Positions 52,930 to 64,000 of a stretch of 64,000 nt of DNA are shown here, in pieces. Position 1 is the first letter of the stretch. Each line of letters opens with the position of its first letter. The notes beneath the pieces were generated by a model. It searched no databases and had not been told where the DNA came from. It saw nothing but the letters and a program-made list of their open reading frames with translations. Source of the DNA: Vicugna vicugna (taxonomy: Eukaryota); NCBI GenBank assembly GCA_013265495.1, contig MU057713.1, positions 125,122 to 189,121 on the forward strand, written 5' to 3'. A program made the position numbers and the translations under genes.

Positions 52930-55520
52930 GAAAAAAAAATGGGCAAGTGGAAAGTTGCCAGAGAAGCCCTCACTGAGAAGATGCAGACTGAAAGAAGATG
53001 AAGGATATGCCAAGTGAATTATTTGGGGAAAAGTTCCCTCTGGAAATGCCAGTGCAAAGGCCCAGAGGCAGAGGTGTGGCTGTTGGGTTGAGGCCAACGT
53101 GGCTGGAGCAGAAGAGGAAGAAGAGAAAGCAGTAGGAGCCAACATTTGAAAGACAAGGGTGGACCGTGTCATAATGGGACTTGCAGGCCATAATGAGGAA
53201 TTGGCTTTTACTCTGAGTGGCAAAGAGAGCTACAGGCACGTGTGAGCAGAGGAATGCCAAAACCTGACTTGGCTGCTCGCTTGAGATACACTGTGGGGTG
53301 GGGGAGAGAGCAGGAGAGCAGGAGAGCCAGCTAGATTACGTACTAATCCAGGTCAGAACGATGGTGACCAAGGCCAGAGTGATAGCAGTGCAGGTGGTAC
53401 GAAGTGGGCAAACACTGGATATACTTGGAAGGCAGAGTAAGAAGTCTTACTGATGAATTGAATGTGAGTCTTAGAAGAGGATTCAAGGCTGACTCCAAGG
53501 TTCTGGAGTCCTGCAATGGAAGAATAGAATCGCCACTCTCTCAGCTGGAGAAGGTTCTCAGCTGTCTACTGGCTCTCCAAGTGGAACTGCTGAATCAGGC
53601 AATCTGATATACAAGTGAAGAAGTAAGCATAAAGATCCCTATACAAATACGAGTTTGGGAGCCATTAGCATAATGATGTTACTGGAAGACAGAATTCAGT
53701 GGTAGGACTCCGGGTGAGTGCATACAAACGAGCAAAGAGGATTAAAGATTGGGCCCAAGGACTCACAAACACTGAGAAGTCAGGGAAAAGAGAAGCAACC
53801 TGTAAAGGAGACAGAGAAAAGGAGATAGAGAAATCAAGAGTATGATACCTGTAAGCCAAATAAAACAGGTTTAGCAGGGAGAAGTGTATGATCAACTGTG
53901 CCAGCTAGATCAAGGAAGATGAGGACTGAGAACTGAACACTGGCTTTAGCCATGTGGGAGTCTGTGATTATCTTAACCAGAGCAGGCTTAGAAGAATGAT
54001 GACACCAAGACCAGATTAGATTTGTTAGAAGAGTGAATGGAAGAAGAGCAAGATTTCTGCAAAGAGTTGCGAAATAATGGAACTGGTGGGAAGTGTGGTG
54101 GAAAAAACATTTTTTCAAATGCTGGGGAAATAACAGAATGTTTATATGTTGGTGAAAATGATCCTCTTGTGAGTAACTGATGACGGAAAGAGAGGGGAGA
54201 ATCACTAGTTATGACCTTGGGAGGTAGGGGTGGGGTTCATTGCTCCAATGAACAAGTGGAGAGATTAGCTTTAGATAGAACAGGAAAACTTCTTCTATGG
54301 CAATGCTCTGCTGATCCTTCAGTTTTCTCAATAAATCAGGAAGCAGGGTCATGAGGGAAGAGTGAGGATGAGGAAGAGGCACTGGGCTTTGAGGAGAGAG
54401 GAGAAACGGTGAAACAGGCATGCAGAGAGTGGAAGAGTCAGCAGACGAGTGAAGGACAGCATGATTGCCAAGAAGCATTCAAGACCCATCTGATGTATAC
54501 GGCTACGGATTTAAAGTGATACCAGCCAACCTGCTTTATTCTTGCCTCAATCAGCTGCACAAGCTCAGGAACAGAGGAGTAAGATTTGAAGACAGTTGTG
54601 CTTCTCCAAACAAGTATAAAGAAGCAAAAGAAGGGCAAGTGAGTCAAGAGTATCTGCAAGGCAGTGAGCATAAGGATTTACCTGATTTTAATCCCATGGT
54701 CAAGAGGGTTGAGAGAGCAAGGAAGCTGAAGGATAGTAAAAAGATGGTAGGATTAATGGACTGAAGATCCTGGAGGAGTTGAAGGATTCATGAAGGATAT
54801 TAGAATGATTTCAGGATAGTAAAAGGAAACTAAATTAAAAGATCAGAGATGGTAGTCAGAGAGCAGCACAGGTGAAACTGGAATTATGGGGGGGGGATAT
54901 AGTTATTGCTATTGTCAAGGCCAGAGAATGACCAAAGATTAAACAGCCGAAGCAGGAAGCAAGAAAGGCCTATTAGAGAAAGGAAGTTCAAGAAATTGAG
55001 CTGCCAAGGTGTTGGAAGGATTATGTACGTATATATTAAAACTGCCATGAATTAACAGTGGCAGAAGGTAAAGTCATCAAGAAATGTGGAAGAACAATTC
55101 AAAAATCAGTTGATAAGAACACTGAGAGGTAGAGGATCACAGCCTACTGACATGAGATTCACCACCGGGGAGTTTGGGGGAGGACAAGGGGGAGCAATCT
55201 CAAAGTGGCCATGAGTAACTAGGAAACCCTGTCCACTTCCGGCCTTAATAGTAGGAGGGCTATTGGAGGGAAAAAGCAACCACTGAGATATCTTCGGGGG
55301 AAGCAAGAGGCTCTGAAGAGCCTGTTATCAGTACAGGAAGGTGAAGGGACTGTTCAGAGAAAGTTGAGAATATGGAGGTTTTGTCTACGATGGCCCTTGG
55401 AGGACCCAGTGGAAAAGTACTGGGAGATGGGAAGGGTGAGAGGAGACAGGACAGGAGACAGGCAACCCTAGTGGGAATCAGCACTGGGAGAAGGTTGGAG
55501 TTTTTTGTGGAGAATAACTT
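52930..55520 (-). mobile_element. Long decayed L2
   Basis: GCCAGTGCAAAGGCCCAGAGGCAG, TAATCCAGGTCAGAACGATGGT and AAGATGAGGACTGAGAACTGAACACTGG, all reverse L2 motifs. The region is purine-rich on +. Confidence 0.75.
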
Positions 55521-55838
55521 TAAAGGAATAAAGGGCAAATGAAGCTAGTCCTAATGGGCTCAGGGCAAAATGTAATAGTGAGGCTGAGAATGCTTGGGAA
55601 AAATGGAAAAAGAATCAAAGGTGCTCTTTTGACCTTTTGGATGGAGCCAAGGAGGTCCAGAGCAATGGAGTGCTCTTAGCCCTCCTGTTGGTGGAATGTG
55701 AGCTCTCCCTTTAAAACATAAAGTAAAATGTAGTAGGAAAATTATATCTTCTTTAAAAATTGAGGTGGTAATGGAAACAGCAAAAAGAACATGGAATTTG
55801 GAAACAGGGCACTTGAGGTGCCTACAGTAATTGGTAAT

Positions 55839-56058
55839 CAAGCTGACCCTTGAACAACGTGGGGATTAGGGGCACCAATCCTCCACGCAGTCAAAAATCC
55901 AGGTAGAACCTGGTCAGCCCTCCAGGTCTGTGGTTCTGCATTCACAAATTCCACCAACTGCAGATCAGATCGTGCAGTACTACAGTATTTACCACTGAAA
56001 AAATCCATGTATACATGGACCCGCATAGTTCAAACCCCTGTTGTTCAAAGGTCAACTG
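55839..56058 (-). mobile_element. Tigger-family MITE (MER8-like)
   Basis: Terminal inverted repeats GCTGACCCTTGAACAAC / GTTGTTCAAAGGTCAACTG, followed by TA. Confidence 0.85.
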
Positions 56059-56669
56059 TAAGTTTTTTTTTGTTTTCTGTTTTTTGTTTTTTTACAGATA
56101 TATCACCAGCTGCCCACTGGCCATCACGGCCCTGAAGAGATAAAGAGTCACACAGACTGCCCCTTAGCACCCTTACTGGGTTTGTGTTAGCCTAACCTCT
56201 AGCTACTCTTCAGGAAGATGTAGAAACACTCGTAATCGTAATAATAAACATAATCTAATCAAGCACAGTTTGCAAGGGCTGTGGAGTCAACAGGCCAATA
56301 GAACTGGATGGGCGATTCAGTATCAAGAGCCCAGATGGGGCCAAGCCATCAGAGGAAGCCCACCAATCTCCCTGGACCAATCACCAAACAACTTCCACAT
56401 GGAGAGAACAGACAATATAGCAACACAGCAGCAGCAAATGGCAAGTGAAACGCAATACAGACCACGTGATACTTGCCTGATGCCAAAACAACCCCAAAGC
56501 CTCTTCGGATCAGACTTGGGAAAAGCAGGGAGAGAAAGGGACAGAACCTTAAGTCTGAATATTCCCAAACGGGACTTAACTTTTAAACCAGAAGTGACTG
56601 AATAGCCTTAAACTGACAAGTGAAAATGAAGCCTTGAGAGCTAAACTCAGTTCAGAAGAAGGCTCTTCA

Positions 56670-56890
56670 GCAATAGCAGGAAACGCACACTGAGCACTCA
56701 GCACAGGGGAGGCCGCATGCCAGGCAGTCACGTGGTTTTTCGCGTTCCTCCTCACAGCACCCCTCAGAGTCTAAACACTATTATTCGCTCTGTTTTTCAG
56801 ACAAGAAAATTGAAACCTCATACCCAATTGGGGGCAAAACCAATATTCGAGCCGTTGGATACGAAGTCCCTGAGCCTACTCATCATGCTC
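56670..56890 (-). mobile_element. MIR
   Basis: CTATTATTCGCTCTGTTTTTCAGACAAGAAAATTGAAAC. Confidence 0.65.
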
Positions 56891-57664
56891 TGTGCTGTTT
56901 CCATCTCGTACAGCCAACCATTTACATATTCAATATTTTAGGACTTTATTTTATTCCAGGATGTTAGATTCAGTGGGTTTCGCCAAAAGACCTATTTTCT
57001 CAACCAGATTTATGTTCCTCGAGGCCTTGGAACGTATTTCTAGAATTTTCAGTTTCCCATTAGAGCTCTCTGCACGAGGCGGGGAGTAACGAACGCCCTT
57101 GAACAGCAGCGTCTGTAATCCAGTTTGCCAGGTGCCATGAGGCACAACGGTCTACCTGGGAGCAGCACTTCCCTTGATGGCCTTGATGTTAAATCCTAGA
57201 GGATTCCGTGGCAGAAGCAATTTGGTGCCAACCTCTTAACGAATACAGTGAAAACCTGTCTCCCACTTAAGCCTGGCGAGAGTTAGTTGGTTCGATATAA
57301 TGAAAGACTAGACAGACAGATGAGAGGGCATTTACTTCCTTTTACTACATGTCAAAATAGCTAAAGGAATCATGCTATTCAACATGTTCTTTTCCTCATG
57401 CCACCATCAGTTTCATCATTATCACAAATAGCCAGAGTTTTTCGAAAGGCAGTCCGTGATTAAATGTATTACCATTTTTTTTTCAATTCTAGGATTACTG
57501 GAAACTCTGACCCATTCCATGTGTTACCTTTCAGCACCCATAATTAATCCCTGCTATGAGTACACCAAAATTAATGTGCACACTATATGCCTACGTTAGG
57601 TTGGAAACCTCGGATACCCTGGTCCATCTGACACATAAAAATACTTAAATTAATTAATATATTT

Positions 57665-57806
57665 TAACACCTTTATTGTGGTATGATTCCTCTACAGTTA
57701 AACTATACATTTTTCAGATATACAATTTGATGAATTTTGATAGATGTATATACCAGGGAAGCCACAGCACAATCAAGATAGTTAACATTTCCATCATTCC
57801 CCAAGA
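57665..57806 (-). mobile_element. L1M 3' terminal fragment
   Basis: CTTTATTGTGGTATGATT...TACAATTTGATGAATTTTGA...ACAATCAAGATA. Confidence 0.7.
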
Positions 57807-58244
57807 GGTACAAATTTTGAATTCCCAATTTATTCCTTTAGATGTAATGTTGCAGTTCTCCAATTCAAATCAATGTAACAAAGAAAGCACAATGCCTGAT
57901 CTTCTGCCAGTGAGCACTTAGCACTGTCCAGCTGCTGTGAAATTGGATACCTTTTAATGCTTTTCTATAATAAGCTTATTATATGAAGGCCACGAACGAG
58001 GAATCTACACTCCTACCCCGTGATTATTGCTGCAGCTTACCCATGGCCTTCTGTGAAACTCTACACAACACATAAAATCTTGGATCTGCTCTGCTTCTCC
58101 CAGCAGTTTCAAAAACTTTTAAAGAGAAATGAGTGATTTTAATCTTCAGTATGGAAGGTGCTGTTTAACTCTAACTGTATGTATCCCTGTTGGTCACTGT
58201 CATTTTGTAATGTTACAAAGGCTTGTGTTTTAAAATGCATGGTG

Positions 58245-58553
58245 AAGGACACTAGTGAAGTGATCTACAAAACAGAAATAGACTCTCAGACATAGTAAAC
58301 AATTTATGGTTACTGGGGAAAGGGGTTGGGAAGGGATAAATTTGGGAGTTTGAGATTTATAAATGATAATCACTGTATATAAAAATAGGTAAAAAATAAA
58401 TTTCTTCTGTATAGCACAGGGAACTATATTCAATATCTTGTCATAACTTTTAATAAAAAAGAATATGAAAATGAATATATGTATATATACACATGACTGG
58501 GACATTATGCCATACACCAGAAATTGACAGATTACAACTGACTAGACAGCAAA

Positions 58554-58594
<41 letters not shown>
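58245..58594 (+). mobile_element. Lineage-specific L1 3' end with (AAAT)n tail and TSD
   Basis: TSD AAAATGCATGGTG (58232-58244) / AAAATGCACGGCG (58595-58607). About 11 AAAT units in the tail. Confidence 0.9.
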
Positions 58595-58596
<2 letters not shown>

Positions 58597-59085
58597 AATG
58601 CACGGCGGGCTTATATAGCAACTTTATCAGATGAATTATCTTCTTTGGGAAATCTACTGAAACACAAAAAATAGTATCTAGCAAACTAATTTTTGCATCA
58701 GAGTGGTGCCAGGAAGGTTCTATAGATCATCAAAATTCTGTATATAGGGCTCTTGCTTGCCTACAAAAATGTATCTGAAGATAATTCTGCTTCACCAGTG
58801 TTTTCATTCCTAGCAAATATTATACCAAAGCATAAATTTCCTCCCTCACCTCATAACTTTTTTCACCTCAGCTACTTCAAATAACATTATAAATCACTGA
58901 CTCATTTCAAATTAAATTTTGTTACCAGAAAACTAATATCCTTATCCAAAGCAGCAGAAAAATGTATACTGTTAGTGTACATACACAAAAAGCACCCAAG
59001 TGTATTTTTAAGGGGGAAAAGCAGTTTGTAGACTTTCCTATTTGGGGAATGGTCTTTGAAGGGCCACACCACAAATGCAGTCCAC

Positions 59086-59636
59086 TGTTGGGGAGGAATA
59101 AATTTTCCTCTACTCTTCTGGGTTCTTCTGGCTGGTCTAAGAATTAAATTGACCCAAGACAGCTTGACAAGAGAAAATCAAACAAAAGGTTAGTAACATG
59201 TATACGTGGAAGAGACCCAGGAAAACTAAGTAACTCATCAAAGCGGACAAACCCTTCACCTTAAATACCAGCTTCTGTTAAAGATAAAAGAGAATGTTAG
59301 GGGTAGTGGTTTGGGACTTCCAAGTGGAGGAAGGCAACTGAAGTGAAGATGGAAAAGCAAATGTTTGGCAAATAAATGTTTGCTGGGTCTTCCAGAGACA
59401 CTGGGACACAGAGTGGACTCTGATCTGAGTGTCCCCCACCACACTAGTCCATATCTTGGCAGATGTCTCTGGTGATAGCTTTATCCTGGGACCAGGTCCT
59501 CCATCTAAATTCTTTTAGGCAGTTAGGGGGAAGGTCAAAGTTTCTTCCTGAGTCTTCTGGGCCTTGATTGTCTTCAGTTCAAAATAATCTACAGGACAAA
59601 GAGACATTTGGGGTGGCAGTTTTTGCTCCTGTATCA
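59086..59636 (-). mobile_element. Solo ERV1-class LTR (MER34/MER39-like), 551 bp
   Basis: TG...CA ends. Flanks CCAC / CCAA form a near 4-bp TSD. Reverse complement begins TGATACAGGAGCAAAAACTGCCACCCCAAA. Confidence 0.8.
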
Positions 59637-60349
59637 CCAACTCCCTCAATGATGGGGTCCTTTACAGCAAAAGACAAGGAGGTGAGACACACATGATGCA
59701 ATATCATTTCCTTTTCTGCTTGTGCTCAAGTTTTGAAAACAAACTTTAAGGTAGTGACCCTTTAGTGAGAGTGCTAATAACAGATGCTTTCTGAAGCTGA
59801 GAAATGAAGTAGCTAGAGAGGTGAAAAGTAAAAATCAGATGATGGTCCAGCAAGGAGAAGAAAGATACCGCACAGCCTTTTAATGCCCCAGAATAGCTCC
59901 CAAACACTTCTATTCTGTAAGGCTCTAGATTTTTTGCACCCAAGTGGCTCCATTAACCTTCCCATATCCTTCCTCTTCCTGATAGAGAGTTGATTCCTTA
60001 ATATTTTATAGCAGTCCACTGGAAATTATTCTGTGTGGTACACTTTTTTGCTGCATCATGGAACCATCAAGTCAAATGTTAGATGTAGGCTTCCCTAGGC
60101 TACAAGCTGCTATCTCCTGGGACTAAGGAGCTATGAAAGCTAAGTAAGGTTAAAGGCAACCACGGAAGTGGCTATAAATTAGATTTGCCCAGCTGAGCTT
60201 AAAATCAGGTTTCCAGAACTACTCTTTCATAGTGAAAAAGATCTAGGGAGGTCAAGGGAAAGGGGATACTTGTGCCGATGCAGGATGGAGTCTTGTGTGC
60301 TGACCCACATTTGCTTCATTTCTAGATTTATTTCTGATGCTTCACAGCA

Positions 60350-60720
60350 TGAAGGAAGGAACACAGAATTGGGGATCAAACAGACTGAGCTCAAATCCTG
60401 GTTCAATCTCTTAAAGATTCTTTTTTTTTAACATTTTTTATTGAGTTATAGTCATTTTACAATTTTCTGTCAAATTCCAGTATAGAGCATAATTTTTCAG
60501 TTATACATGAATATATATGTATAAATATTCATTGTCACATTTTTTTCTCTGTGAGCTTCTTAAAGATTCCTAACAAAAATATTCTTAACAGCTCTGAGCT
60601 ATAGTCTCTACATTTATGTTAATAGGTAGCTAATAACTGCCTCATTAGTTTGTTATGAGGCTCAAATAAAATAATATACACAAAGTTTTTGGCTCAGAAC
60701 TTTAACCCAGGGGCTTAAAA
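60350..60720 (+). mobile_element. MIR split by a young L1
   Basis: GGGATCAAACAGACTGAGCTCAAATCCTGGTTC before the insert; CTCTGAGC...CCTCATTAGTTTGTTATGAGG after it. Confidence 0.7.
60421..60557 (-). mobile_element. 137-bp young L1 3' tip with perfect 12-bp TSD
   Basis: TSD TCTTAAAGATTC at 60409-60420 and 60558-60569. Reverse complement of the family at 1-317. Confidence 0.92.
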
Positions 60721-60824
60721 ATATGTCACCTGTTTACTGGTATGAACTGTTCAAAATAATGTAACAGGAGCAGCTGTTGTAATAGAACAGCAGTTGTAAT
60801 AGAAACAGATATAGTAAGAACAGA

Positions 60825-61080
60825 AACAATTACATTTTACTGAACACTTGATAGGCTGGGCACTGTGCTAAGCATATGCACAGAGTACATCTAAATCTCA
60901 TCAAAACCCTGCAACATGGATATTATTTAACAGAAAAGTAACCCTTTTGAATGGTACAAACAGCAAGGAGAAAACCCTTGATTTGAGTCAGGGTTCTGCC
61001 AAAGAAATTAGCATCTAATTTGACTTAGGGAAGGTTAAGTAACTTTTCCAAAGTCAGACAGCTAAGAACTGCTCAAGGCT
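60825..61080 (-). mobile_element. MIR pieces
   Basis: TTTACTGAACACTT...GGCACTGTGCTAAGC and GGTTAAGTAACTTTTCCAAAGTCA. Confidence 0.65.
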
Positions 61081-62809
61081 CATTTTCATTATGTATTCTA
61101 GATGCAATAGTTTCCTCTAGTTTATACAACATATTTCAAAACCTAAAAGTCAAAGAAATCCTTGGGACCCAAGTCAATCCATATGTACTCACTACCGTAA
61201 ATTCTGTAGCTGCATAGCCCAAGACTGGCAGGCAAACACTGTTCCCCAGGACTCCCTTGACCAGAAACCCCTGGAGTGGGCTTAGGTAATAGTATACCCA
61301 TCAGAGAGAGAAGGCCAGCACCTCCTGTCTGACAAGGAGCCAAGGTCACAAAACTCCATTCACAAGAGCTCAGAGACTCAGACTCAAGGAACAAAGCCTG
61401 ACCCTCACCCCCATGATGACACTAATTAAAGTAAGTACCGGTGGCAAGCAAATGTCTCACAAGCAATTAATGTTCAGCATAAACACCAACTAACATCACA
61501 CTGAGCGCCTCAGAAGGGAACAAAATGGTGGTATGGTGATAAGCCCCTATCCTGTACTTCTTTATCATCCTAGACTGAACTCTGAAATGTGCTATATGAC
61601 AGCCCCTGGGACCATGAACTACATACCAACAAGACACCCGTTTGCCTGGGAAAACCCTGCCTCTAAGCAGAGAAAAACTGCCCTCAACTCCTCTAGACAT
61701 GTCTTCATTCTGTTTGTAACACGTGACAGAGATACTTGTCTGTATTGCAGAAGCTATGTTGCACATATGGGAACTGAGGGAGTTTCTCCGGGGAGAACGT
61801 GCTGTGGGGTTGCTCTTGACCGTAGTGGATCCAATGACCAACTTGGGAAAGAAAGAAGTATATCCAGCCCAAAATCTATATAAAGAGGCTGATTTTGCAA
61901 AGAGTCTCCACTTCTTGGAAGAATTTATTTAAATAACCACTTCCTTACCACATTTAATGTGTGACTCTGTTTATGTATGCCCACGTTTGAGGGGGGATAT
62001 ATTTATAAAATGAAGAACACCTATGCGTCTCAGATCAGGAAATATTTATGAACAAATGAGCCCACTTGGCTGAATTTATAAACATCAACTAAGCCTGTCA
62101 TGAAACCTTACATGAAATAACTAATTATTGACCCTACAGCACCATCACTTGAATCAGCATGAGAACCAGAACTGCAAAGCACTGAATGCAAAGTACTAAT
62201 ATTCCTAACCCTGAAAAGTGTTAGCTCTGTCAGAGTGTGTTTTGTTTTTAGAAAGTCTGGTTTCTGACAACATTATCCAGAAATAATTATTCAATAGTGA
62301 ATGCCAAGAAAACCAAGTCCCAAAATGCTAAGAAATATTTCAGGCTACCTTTCCCAGAAATACAATCTGTTTCTCAATTGAGAGAAATTCATCATAAAAA
62401 CTGCCTATATCATAGTCCTCCAGAAAACTTCAGCATGTTCTAATTCATCAAAAGCCACCAGATCAAATTGCTGTTTAATACCTGAATCAATGAAATAATT
62501 CATCTAGCTATTTATAAATTTATAAACACCTTGTCAAACACCTGAGGTGCCACACCACACCAATTTTAAATTCCATCCAATGTATCAGAAAACTAGTTCT
62601 TGATAGACACAAGCTTTCATCATGCGATTTACACAGGCTTAACAAAGATCACAGCTTTAAGAAAAAGAATATGACATTCTTCAGCATATTCATTACCTAG
62701 AAATAGAGAAACTATAAACATTTATCCAAAAAACTCTGCAATACATTTTAAAAATCATTTTTTTGAAATGATCAACTTTTGAACAAAACCCAAAGAGAAA
62801 CACAGACTT

Positions 62810-62990
62810 TTAAAAGCTTGGGATCCGGCAGCCCCACTCCTCACTAAGTTGCATAATCTTAGCCAATTTGGATTTCAAATTTCACATCTATAAAGTAGGA
62901 AAAAGTGTGATTTCTGTCTATTTCAGAGACTTTTTTGTGGAGCACATGGGATAATTTATGAGCTACATAAAGCATGTAATGTTATTATCA
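62810..62990 (+). mobile_element. MIR
   Basis: TTTCACATCTATAAAGTAGG core. Confidence 0.5.
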
Positions 62991-63334
62991 AGGGCAGTTT
63001 CAGGTGAGAGGAGAGAAGTAGTGAAACACATTAGTCGGCTGCCTCTGTGGTGGGACTGCTATCTTCACCCACTCAAAGCAGAATAACCAGAAACAAACTG
63101 TTGCCTGAAGTAGGACCCGGAGAAAAAGAGCAACGCTCTGGCCCTGACACGTTCACTCTCAGGGCAGTCACTGAATTCCACCGAGCCTCAGTATCTCTTC
63201 CTGTCTAAGTGCAACAGCTCACCTGCCCCCCGCCACACACACACGACAACAGACTGAACAGTGTTCAGTCTTCCTCAGCTTTCTCATTTGTCTCATTTAG
63301 AGATAATACATTTAAAGCCTATACTCCACGCTTA

Positions 63335-63715
63335 GCACATTCGTTTATGCAACAAAGAATCTGTTCCGGCTGCTACAGACAGAACAGAAAACTCCCAGGC
63401 CCCAGCTGAGTCTGCATTCGAGTATGGGAAGAACAGACAATGAACTGAAATCCGTAATCCCCTAGACGATGGCAGGGCCAGCTTCCCTGGGCACAGGAGC
63501 TGTGCCATCACATGAGGCCCTGAGATCAGAAGGACCCATACTTGGTCTAGTCCTGTGCGGGTGTCATCTTGAAATTCTTCATACCTTTGAACACTGGCCT
63601 CACATTGGCATTTCCTGGATGGTGGGAGATGCAATGGAGAAAAACAAAGTGAGAAGAGGGGTAGGGAGAGGCGTGATGGGGGTGGGAGAAGTGGTCAGCA
63701 GGGCCTCAGTGTGAC
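63335..63715 (-). mobile_element. L2 3' fragment
   Basis: CATTCGTTTATGCAACAAA terminus; downstream L2-like motifs are degenerate. Confidence 0.45.
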
Positions 63716-64000
63716 ACTGGACCTTTTGGGCACTACACCAGGGCGCTTGGCTGAGGAGGCTAGTGGGGCTGACAACCACCTAGAGGCAGAGGGCTTTTTA
63801 TTTGCCCCAAACTGACTCCAGACGGCTTGCTCAAGAGATGACCATCACAGGGGTTACAACGTGCTGCAGGTGTCTCTCAGCACAGCAGCCCAGCAGCCCA
63901 CCTGCTCACCCCCCTGTGAACTGCAGAGCCGTGTCCCCAGGGTGGGCGCCATTTTGTTACTGACACATATGTTAAGCTAGCAATGGGCCTGCTGGTCAGA

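Noticed and set aside
61467..61932. Overlapping ORFs of 69-124 aa
   Set aside because: No recognisable protein, no poly(A) or TSD for a retrocopy, and no convincing splice sites.

Overview
Mammalian intronic DNA, most likely from a camelid (alpaca or camel), judged from a Vic-1-type tRNA-Ala SINE and lineage-specific young L1 3' ends. The only supportable protein-coding feature is one 107-nt minus-strand exon (9532-9638). It encodes [35 protein letters not shown], the first coding exon of TAFA2 (FAM19A2), a secreted neurokine. On that reading everything above 9638 lies in the large upstream intron and everything below 9532 in the next intron. The rest is a layered record of transposons: L1 of several ages, L2, L3/CR1, MIR, ERVL and ERV1 LTRs, and MER53, MER33, MER8 and MER5 DNA elements. 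Several are nested insertions with readable target-site duplications (TSDs). The supplied ORF track is otherwise noise. I found no novel multi-gene system, CRISPR array or RNA gene. The best leads are modest: an antisense candidate exon, a sense-oriented solo LTR that could serve as an alternative TAFA2 promoter, a triple-nested L2>MER53>L1 structure and a doubly deleted L1. Repeat family names come from remembered consensus similarity, not a database search, and the boundaries of old repeats are approximate.
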